Below, piece by piece: positions 37,389-48,100 of a DNA stretch of 64,000 nt. The translations under genes and the position numbers were made by a program. Below the pieces are notes generated by a model, which made no database searches, was not told where the DNA came from, and saw only the letters and a program-made list of their open reading frames with translations. The DNA is from Bugula neritina (taxonomy: Eukaryota; Animalia; Bryozoa), in assembly GCA_964035545.1 (NCBI GenBank), contig OZ037769.1, positions 14,538,633-14,602,632 on the forward strand. The letters are read 5' to 3'. Within the stretch, counting starts at the first letter, position 1. Every line of letters begins with the position of its first letter.

Positions 37389-40300
37389 ATGGGTCAACGT
37401 AAATCTGTCCCTCAACCTCCACCTCAACCTCCAGGTCAGTCAGTCTGTGATAAGTTGGTAAATTATATGATTACAAATACTACAACTAGTGACTACAGAA
37501 ATTTTTATGTTCTGAAAATAAGGTGCAGTAGCGGAGAAATTGAGATAGCCTAAGTTCTTTAAATTTTCTAACAAATTTTGAGTTGAGGTGCAGTTTGAAG
37601 TTCTCATGAAAGCATAACTTCTTTTGCTACATTTCTGATCTAGAAACACAGGCTTTTTTCACTTTTTTCATTACAGTACACCTACCTCTGTTTTGACCAC
37701 AGCTGAGTATTACATTGCTTGTGTTTATTATATAATTTTATATACTGAGTATAATGTATATAACTATTATACTGTACCTTATATTATGTTATTCTATAAC
37801 TATAATTAGATTCACCCAAAACATACTCTATTATATAGTATATTTTATTAAGTTACATTATAGTGCACTATAACCAATTATAATATTTTATAATATAATA
37901 TAACACATGCTGTACAGATCCATACTTAATTACTTCAATACTGTTTATAGTGTTGAAGCATATATTATTCTGTTATTTTATATCAACGTTATTATTCATA
38001 TAGTGGTGCAAATTTTGTAGAAATTTACAAGGTGTGGTTCAACACATCCAGTATAGATAGAGCTGATGATGAGTGGATGGGGAATAGGACTACATCCTAC
38101 ACTATAGAAGAGATCAAGAATAAAAGTAGACATCATACAGTGACTCATGTTAAACTGAGGAATGACATTCCTCCAAATATGAACACACTGTTCCCTCATC
38201 TCACACATCTGAGGGTACATGGAGCAGACAATGTTGACTGGACCAGGTATACTAGTGTTATATTAGAAAACTATATTCAATAAGTGACATATTGTCTTGT
38301 AGTAGAATGTGGAGTAATCTCCTCTCACAATAACACTATAGCTTTGGTAACAACTGTTGTATTATTTACCTTGTTTATTGTATTTCTATTTATTATTCAA
38401 TTTAATGTGAGTGAATCTCATTCAAACTAATATGTGATGATTATATTATACAGTTGAATACTTCGATATACCTGTGCGTTATGTTACAGCATATCTTCAC
38501 TGAAGAATCTTGAAGTATTGAATATATCATATAATGGCCCATCTGAAGGTCTACCTGACAATATATTCACATCCTTACTATCATTGAGAAAGTTGTACAT
38601 GAGTAGCTGTAGACTACCAACTATACCAAACAGGTGTGTATTATATGATAGTGTAGAATGGTCAGCTGAGAGTATTCCTGCTATCAGTAAACATGTAGGC
38701 TGATACAAACTATCAGGTCAAAATGTCGGCTACTAAACTCATAATCCATCTGAATAGCCTACCAGATAGAGAGATGATCTGATCAGCCTGGCAGAACAAA
38801 AACAGGATCTGTCTCAAAGGCCTGCAGTTGGTCAGTTCAGAAAGCAGTCTGTGACACCCTCAAGAGCGGAAACTGATAAACTGGTTTCATTAGGCAGGAA
38901 CACCCTGACCTGATTGATTATATAATTTAGTGTATAGTTAAAGGGACTTGTGTAGTGCATGTGTGCTTCACAAAGTGTTTAATATGTTGCATGAAGTAAT
39001 TATATTATTACTAAAATCTTATAAAACATTTCATATGGTATGTTACAGCATCTCTTCACTGAAGAATCTTGAGGTATTGAATATGTCATTGAATAAGCTA
39101 TCTGAAGGTCTACCTGACAATATATTCACATCCTTACTATCATTGAGAAAGTTGAACATGGAGAACTGTGATTTTTCAACTCTACCAAACAGGTGTGTAT
39201 TATATTATAATGTAGAATGGTACTGTAATAAGTATAAGTTATAAATATATTATAGATATGATTAGGTAGAAGTGTATGGTATTTCTTGATATACAACATT
39301 TCACACCTATGTGTTATGTTACAGCATATCTTCACTGAAGAATCTTGAGGTATTGAATATATCGGAGAATAACCTATCTGAAGGTCTACCTGACAATATA
39401 TTCACATCCTTACTATCATTGAGAGAGTTGAAAATGAGGAACTGTAAACTACCAACTCTACCAAAGAGGTGTGTATTATATTATACATTATGAAGTTGTC
39501 TGCACTATCTTTAGTGAGTCAACTAGACCCTGTGTATTCTACATGTCATAGGACAACTACTTTATTCTATCAGATATACTCAGATAGAAATGGTACAACA
39601 ACTTCTCACTTATTATTCTGATAAAATTATTGAAAATTAAATGGTTTGGCTATGAAATGAAATATATATTTAGACTTATCTGAGAGTTGTATATTGTAAC
39701 TCATAAAATTTTTAAGGAAGTTAATGACAGTTAAAACAACTAACAAAATATAATGATTTTCAGCTGTAATAGCTTATTCAGACGGTCAACCAATTGGACG
39801 AATAGCGGACCAAAATGGCACGACGATTGCGAATTTTGTTCGTTTTGGATCACGTGATTCGACCAATGCCTGTATTGCGCCAAACTAACGTCCTTTGATT
39901 AGTCTGACAGTAGAAGAATTTGTTTGTTTGGATCACGTGATTGACTTTTCAAAATTTCATTGGAACCTGACCCAGCTAGGGTCCAGCTGATGAATTTTAT
40001 TTGATTGCACTCCATTGGCTTATTTCAAAAAGCAAAATGTGTGGACATAATTTGCATGGCAAACAAGTTGCTCATTGCTTGTAACTAAATTAAATAAGCA
40101 ATATTTAATAATATTATTAATAATAAATAAAAATTAACTAAAATAAACAAATTTATAAGAAGAATATTTATTTTGCTTTAGTGAGCAGTGTTGTAGTTTT
40201 GTGCACTACTATAGTTTGTGGGGTTTCAGTGTGTATTATCGATTTAGCACATTAGCTCTAAGTTAATCAATAACTCTTGGTAGTAGCCGAGTAATAAAAC

Positions 40301-43300
40301 ACTTTGTTATCCAAGTTTAGTACAAAAGACAAACATTACAATTACTAACAATTTACAGCAGTATACATTCACAATACGTGCATTCAACTCGAGTCCTCGC
40401 TCACAACAACTCTAGACGCGGGAACTCTCACTTATTATTAGCCTGACCCCAGACTCTTCTTATTGGATAGTCCCATGTGACCCGTCACCTGCACGGGTAT
40501 GTTGTTCCAATATTCCCAGAACAGAGGAGAGACAAAATTTATCATTATTATATTATGTAAACCACCACATCGCTCCCTCCAGCAGAAAGTCCTCTTTCTG
40601 ATAATACATGTAATAATATAATGATATAAAAGAAACATTATAGCATAGAACGCCACATATATAAAACTCTATTTTAAGAAATAACCTTACATTGATAAGA
40701 AAAATAACACACATCAGGTCAGTTATAAAGAGAGGAGTAGCGTCACAGATAAAATAATACACAGCGAAGAATAGTGTAGACGATATTACAACGTTGCCCA
40801 CCGAGATCTGAAGCCGAGGAGGCAAGGTGATTAACTATGGATTCTGAGAGCAGTGTCTAGCCTGTCGGGCCCTCAGCCGCCTCTTGATTCGCCCCACAGA
40901 ATCTTTCAACTGATATAGTCCAGTGGTTGTGTTAAGTAAGTCTGGTGCTAACTGTGTAAAGTCAGCCTGGAGGCGCAGGAGTTGCTCTTTGATGGTCGCT
41001 AACCTGGTAGGCTGCTCTGGCGGTGGTGTGACTGGTCGGGGCGGGGACACTGCCACTTCTTCAGTTACTTCCGTACCACGGGTAGTCCCCGTTCCATTTC
41101 CAGTTCCTCCTCCACAACTGGTCTCGTGACCGGGAGGTGGCCACTCGAGTATTGCCTGAAAGAGTTCAACAGTGTTAGTGATGATACATTGAAGTACCGC
41201 CGGCATGAAACAGCCTGACAAGTGCTCTGTTCAGTTAAACACTCGTGAGATTTAGAGTAATGAATAGTTGGTCGAGAACACACACTGCAATGGCAAATTA
41301 CTAGAATCTCTAAGTCACTATACACATGTGTTTTCACCACTATGCTTCATCAGCAAGTATCTCCAGCTCTTTTAACTAAGGAGTTAGAGCCGATTGTTGC
41401 AGTCTAGTTTCCGTACCAGAGAATATAACTAACTCACCCTTCGATTCAGAATAGTAAGACATTTTGAATGCTAGGAATGATAATAATTATTTATTACTGG
41501 TACGTCTACTCTTAACTCCATCAGCATAAGAAAAGACTGGGTAACGTGTTTGCGAAGCGTGACTAGGGCACTGTGCCTCCGGCGGATAAATCTTATTTGT
41601 GATTCCGCCCGGGCGAAAGTTGATTTTTTTGTGATGCTCACAACTCCCACACTTTGTTGCCAGTCTCTCCGTATGGCACCCGATGGACTTTCATATTTGC
41701 CGCTTTCAACGCAGTCACATACGAAGTCTTTTAAATATGCTGGGGGGTGCCTAGTTCGCTGTCCTCATTCCAGGAGAAGCGGTGTACTCACAGGTGGACT
41801 ATTTAGTTCCACGGGTGGTTTTACCGGCCTGTCAGTGACTGGTATTCCTTCGTTTTGTTCTTCCCTGATTTCTCCAAATGGAGCCCCGCCCCCGGGGGCT
41901 TTTGCACTTCCGGACTCACTTCGGGTTCTGGAAGCGATGGCGTCAGATCTGGTGCTGGAGACGGCGAATGCACTTCCACTAATGGAAGTGGTCGTTCATC
42001 TCTTGCCAAGTCTTCTGCCCGCGGCACGACCACTTCATACTCTGGTCCATGCCGCTGTTGCCCACGCGTTGTTGTCTGCCTCCAGGGCTCCAACAATGGC
42101 GAGGCTTCTCCTACTGCATCCGGGCTAGCCCAATACGGTTTCAAGCGAGCCTCATTCTGGATGGACACAATTTAGCGCTAATTTTGAAATTTAGGGATTA
42201 AACTGAAAATCAAATAGCTGGCTTGGTAGCTATTCATTTAATCAAATTTAATGGCTATAAGTATCCAAAGATTACTAAGCTGCACCATCAACATTAATTT
42301 CAAAAACTTTTAGACTATTCGGGTGGAAACTGGAAGTTGAAAGTAAGCGCTATTGTTTATATACGCGAAAGACAATATATGGTCCATTGATCTGTGGATA
42401 GTGTCGCTTTCAGGGACATATATGGTCCATTGATCGCGTACGGGTTAATACTAGGATTCAGCTGTTTCCTCTGGGTGTTGGGGGCATGGGTCCGACCAGG
42501 TCAACAGCTACCACTTGCCACGGCCTTCCAACATATAACCTCCGTCGTCCCGCTTCACCAGGGAGACGACCATGCTTGCTGGCCTGGCAGACTTCACACT
42601 GTTTTACTCTGAGCCGTACATCACGCCCCATACTGGGCCAGTACCACCGGAGCTGTAATTTGGCGAGCACCCTTTGGACTCCTGCGTCAGCCTGTTTGTG
42701 GATGTCCCATATCACCTCTCGGCGTATGGCTGTCGGGCAGACCCCCCTCTTCCTTTCTGGGTGTCTGTCTGTCGCTGCTAAAGTCATGATCAGCAGACCA
42801 TCTTGCCCGATCCTCAGCGAGTCCCAACGTTGACGGTATAGCCGTAACTCAGTGCACCCCTGTCTTAGCTGGGTCGCCGCCCTTCCTTTTTGGCCCGATG
42901 TACGTCGGCTACCACCCTAGGTAGGCTTTCCTGAAGTCTCTTCAGCTCTCTTACGTTACCGGCCAAAACAGGGTTGGCGCGGAGGTTTTTTTACTACCTC
43001 CGGAGGCGCATCAGCCTTCTGTTTGAGTTGACCCTGGTCCCAGTCATACTCAACTCCCGGATGGACCAGTGCCGCCAACGCGGACAGGGGAGGACCTCCA
43101 TCTCTCTTCTCAATGTTGAAGCACTGTTTACATCCCCCGTCTGGTCGCCGGCTCAGTCCGTCTGCATTGCCGTGTTTGTTACCGGGTCGGTGTTCGATCC
43201 GGTAAGAGAACTCGGCTAGAATCTCGAGCCACATGGCGACCTGGCTAGACGGTTCTGCTCTCGTGCACAACCAAATCAAAGAGGCGTGGTCCAAACCTCT

Positions 43301-45089
43301 CTCGCCCCGGGTTGAGGAGCTTGTGGTTGGCAACGGTTGCGGCCCGGTCGCGGAGGGGGAAACGGCTTGCCTCTCGGCGTCTGCGCCGGTTCCCTTTCAG
43401 GCTCTCAGATCGGAAACCTGTCGAATCTGTTGTGGAGTGGCATAGAGAAGGCATTCGGCGGGTGGCGTTGGTAGCCTACTCGCCGTGGATGTTGCCATTC
43501 CGATGTGTCAGTACGCGGCACCCGGCGGGGTGATTGGCGTCTTCTCTTCCCTCTAGGTTTCATCATCGGCCCGCAATAGGCGGGAACATCTGCGGGCCGC
43601 GGTAGTTTAACCCTTGGAGAACAAGAGGGCAGTATCTCTGGAAATGTCCAGGTCTTCCGCATTCCCAGCAGAGGTTTTGTCCAGTGCCTGGTAATTGCAC
43701 CGGCAGCCCTAAAGGCTCACAGGCGGTATCTACCTGGTCTTGAGGGATTAATATGGTGACTAGCTTGGCTAACATGTCGGTCAGCTGCGCGACCTTCGAT
43801 GCGGCCGTCTGTTGTCTCACATTAACAGACGCGGGGGGGGGGTCTCGCCATTAGATCGGCCAGAGCAGCGGAGGGCTCCAGGTCTACTTGGCGAAAGGCC
43901 CCGCGGTTTTTATGCATATGATTTGCTAGGAGGTATGCTTCTCCTTCGGTGAGAGTGCCCTCGACCGTGGTGATTCCCCTCGCCAGAAACTGGTGATGGA
44001 GTCCCAAGTCGTTGATGGACCGCACAAAGACATCGTAAGTGTACCTTTCACGGTTCGCTTGAGGCAGGTCACTGTATGCGATATGCGCCAGCTTCATCAC
44101 CGTGGCAGCATGCTCTTGTAGGGGCATGTGAGGATTACGCCGTAACCTGAGCGTCAATGACGGAGATGCCAAAACGGGCCCGCAGAAAAGCAAAAATACT
44201 GTTAATGTCAGGTCCCAACCTGTAGGGTTTGGCCTTGTCCATTAACAACATTCTAAGCTTAAGCAGGGCCACCCTAGGTGGCCACTGTGTGACTTCCATC
44301 ACATCATTAAATTCTTGGATGAACTGTTCTACTTCTTCTTCACCTGTGAAAGTAGGTGCCTTCAGCCGGTATCTATCTTCATTCAGCTCCCTAGGAGCTC
44401 TCACTTCTTCTATTGCTGTCGGATGTACAGGAATAACATTATCTTCATGCTCACCTTCACTATGTTTGTTAGTTGGGCATTCGTCGGACCCAACGAATGA
44501 AGATTCTTAGTGTCTGAATAAGCTATAATTATGAAAATCTCACCGATTGTTATACTGAGATATATTATAATATTATACTGGGATATAATATAATGCTATA
44601 CTGAAATATATTATAATGTTATATTGAGATATATTTCTATAGTGTCATACTGAGATATATTATAATGGTATACTGAGATATAATATAATATTATACTGAG
44701 ATATATTATAATACTATACTGAGATATATTATAATGTTATACCGACATATATTATAATGTTATACTGAGATAATATATTATAATGTTATACTGAGATATG
44801 TTATACTGAGATATATTATGATATTATATTGAGATATATTATAATGTTATACTGAGATATGTTATACTGAGATATATTATAATACTATACTGAGATATAT
44901 TATAATGTTATACTGAGATATAATATAATGTTATACTGAGATATATTATAATGTTATACTGAGATATAGTATAATGGTAGTCAATCCAATGTTACTGCAT
45001 TATATCATTTACCTGCTCTTTTGTATCAAATAACTGGGAGTATAACTCCTAACCTATCTATAAATTTTATACAATACATTGCACAATCT

Positions 45090-45120
<31 letters not shown>

Positions 45121-48100
45121 TATGAATTGTGTTATGGAACTTCAATATTCATTTTTTGCAAACCCCATTTTTAAAGCCTCAAATATATATATGTTTCATA
45201 TTTATTAGCATACAGAGTCTACAGAAGTTAGAGGAACTGGAGATATCATGGAATAAGTTCACCAGTATACCATATCCTGTGTACTCACTGAGTAGTTTGC
45301 GGGTACTAGATATATTTTCCAATAGATCCCTGACATCCTTAGACCCTGAGATACTACAGCTAACGCAACTTCATAAACTGGATGTTGGATCTTGTAAGGG
45401 TCTCACCTCTCCTCCACTAGAAGTATGTGAGAGAGGCGTAAATGCTGTGAGACAATACTACACAGACTTGGCTAAAGGTGCTGGTAGGAGTCTACCATTT
45501 GCTATTGTAGCTATGCTAGGTAATACAATGGCCGGAAAGACCAGTTTAACCAAAACATTACAGAATGCTGACAGAAAGAGAGTTTTGACCAACAGAGAGC
45601 CAGATGCTGTGAAAGATGAGACAACAAAGGTGTTTAATGTTGAAGAAGTGGAGGTGGATGGTACAGTACTCCGTGTCATTGATATGGGAGGCCAGGAGGT
45701 CTACCATATCACCTATCAACTGACACTGAGACAGAACTGCATTCCAGTCATAGTAGTCAACATGGAACAGTATGATAAGACTTCAAGTGAATCAACAGAC
45801 AGAGAAGCTGTTAGAAGATTAGCCTTTGATTACATGTCTCACCTCTACATGGCTAACCCAACTCTTGGTCCACCAAAACTTATCTTCACCCATAAAGATA
45901 AGTTTCAAGATACAGCATTTCAGAAGCTTCGAAAAAGCTTTCTTGAAACATCAAATAAACTGTGTGAGGAGATGATTAGAGAAGAGAAAGAATTGGGTGG
46001 AGAATTTGCTCAAATAGAACATTTCAGTGAATCAGCCGGAGGAGTCTTTCTTGGTGAGGACATTTATGAGGTCGGAAAGGATGATAAGTATGAAGTGTTT
46101 GACCTGATCAAGGAATCTCTTCTTCATAGCAGTCAACATTTTGTGAAACCTTTACCTCTTGTCTGGGAGGAAGTGAATGAAAATGTGCTGTCTATTCCTT
46201 CTGTGTACAGCACCTTTGATGAGATACTGAAATACGTACAAACAGAACTTCAACACATTGAGTCAGGTCAGCTTGACATAATCCTCACATACATGCATGA
46301 CTGCGGCAAAGTCTTGTGGTATAAAGATATCAGCTGTCTCAGGCCGTACATATTCCACAATATTTCAGAAGTCACCAAACTCCTCTGTGTCTTGTATCAT
46401 CATGATCCTAAGATCTGGCAGAGTAGAGTTGATCAGTTCCAGCCATACTATTCGCAGACTGAACGACGTGTTGAGAAACAGGAACTTGAGAAATCTGTCA
46501 ATGATCTCACTGACACTGGTTTGATGATGCAGTCACTTCTTGTTTATTTCATTGAAAAAGAGACATCATTCAAAAGTTCTAAAGATGTTGAAGTTGCCGT
46601 CTGCTTACTCCAGACGTTTCGTTTGCTGTACAGTCCAATACATGGCAAATCTGAAGAGCCATGGTTCATTGTACCTCAGTATGCTAAAAACTACTGCAGC
46701 ACTTCTCCTTCCCCACCCAATGGCATTTTGCTTCAAGTGGAGACACACTTCAATGGTCTAGCCCTGCCACAATATGTCTACCACCAGATGACGATCGGTT
46801 TGTTGGAATCGTTCCCAGATGAGTTTGCTGTGATGAAAGTGAAGAGAAACGGAGCTGATGTCTTTCAAGATAAAATCCACACGAAGCTGGTACATGATTG
46901 CAAATCTAGAAAAGTGTCACTCTACGTGTCATCTAATGCTGCCAACATTAGCAGAATGTGGGAGAGACTCATCACCACCAACAACAACATCCTTAGACAT
47001 GTTTTAGAAAATTGGACAGCAAGTAGACCAGTCACTACATGCTACTGTGCTCACTGCCTTCTGCTAGGACTTCCTTGTCCTAAGAAAGTGCTCAATCCTC
47101 CATGGTGTCTTCACTCCTTGAAACATTCTCCATCAAAGCCCAGATTGTGTACTGGATCCTTAACAACTCTGTGTGGTGATGAGAAGATAAGGGGTGCTCT
47201 TCTCTATCCATGTATGTTTGGTTACATTATGGTGCAGTTCCTGTATTAAGTTTTATTTCATTGCAGTTTACCACATTTAGATATGAATTGAGGTAATTCT
47301 CCCCATTCCTTGGCATAATTGGGGTTAGAAAAAGAATTATTTATATATTCTATTTCCAAGTATTTCAAAATTTCAGGTCAAACATTGTCTGAGAGAGAAG
47401 CTGATGAGTTGGAGAAGTTTGTGAATGAGCTGAATCGTCGAGGAGCTCAAGAAAGATTAGCTAATTCTGGTAAATACGGAGTTACCAGTTTGTGCAAGCG
47501 TCTGTTTTTTGAATGTTGATCAAGTTCAACTTGAACTGGTTAAGCACTAAATGATTTTACTGCAGTTTATTTCATACCATGTCACCATTTTTTTGCAAGA
47601 ATTTGGGTTCTTTAAAAGTTTTGCTTTATTTGGTAAAGTAATGAACGTATATTATTGCACCACAGCTGAGTACTAGTTTGCCGATCATTGTGATATTATA
47701 TTTCTTATTTATTCCGTGATGTGATATGAATTTGTACTTTATAGTTGCCAACAGCAGCCAATCAGATTTCCCGACCTCCACAATAACAGCCAATGACGCT
47801 CTCAGTGATCTCTCTGATGATGATGAGAATCTGTACCCTGATGAAGAGGAAGTTGAAAATATGAAGTTTATAAGACTCAGACTGATTCCCACCAGCAACC
47901 CGAATATAATACAGCTGTTCTCAAACACTGACAAGGTGATCACTTCTAATGTCTATGTCATTTATTCTTGCCAGTTGTTTAGTTCGGCAGTTACAAGTAT
48001 TTCTCTGTTACATCCAGGTGTTTAAAACAACCCCAAAAAGAGGAAGAGCTCTGATAATAAACAACATGAACTTTGATAAGAGACCCGACTTGTGTAGGAA

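Noticed and set aside
41550-44510. Plus-strand ORFs within the retroelement
   Set aside because: Antisense shadows of GC-rich gag/pol sequence with no recognisable motifs.
45129-47249. 706-aa ORF as a standalone single-exon ROCO gene
   Set aside because: It starts at a non-ATG codon in intron-like sequence, and has a phase-matched acceptor at 45208 and donor at 47212 linking it to the LRR and caspase exons.
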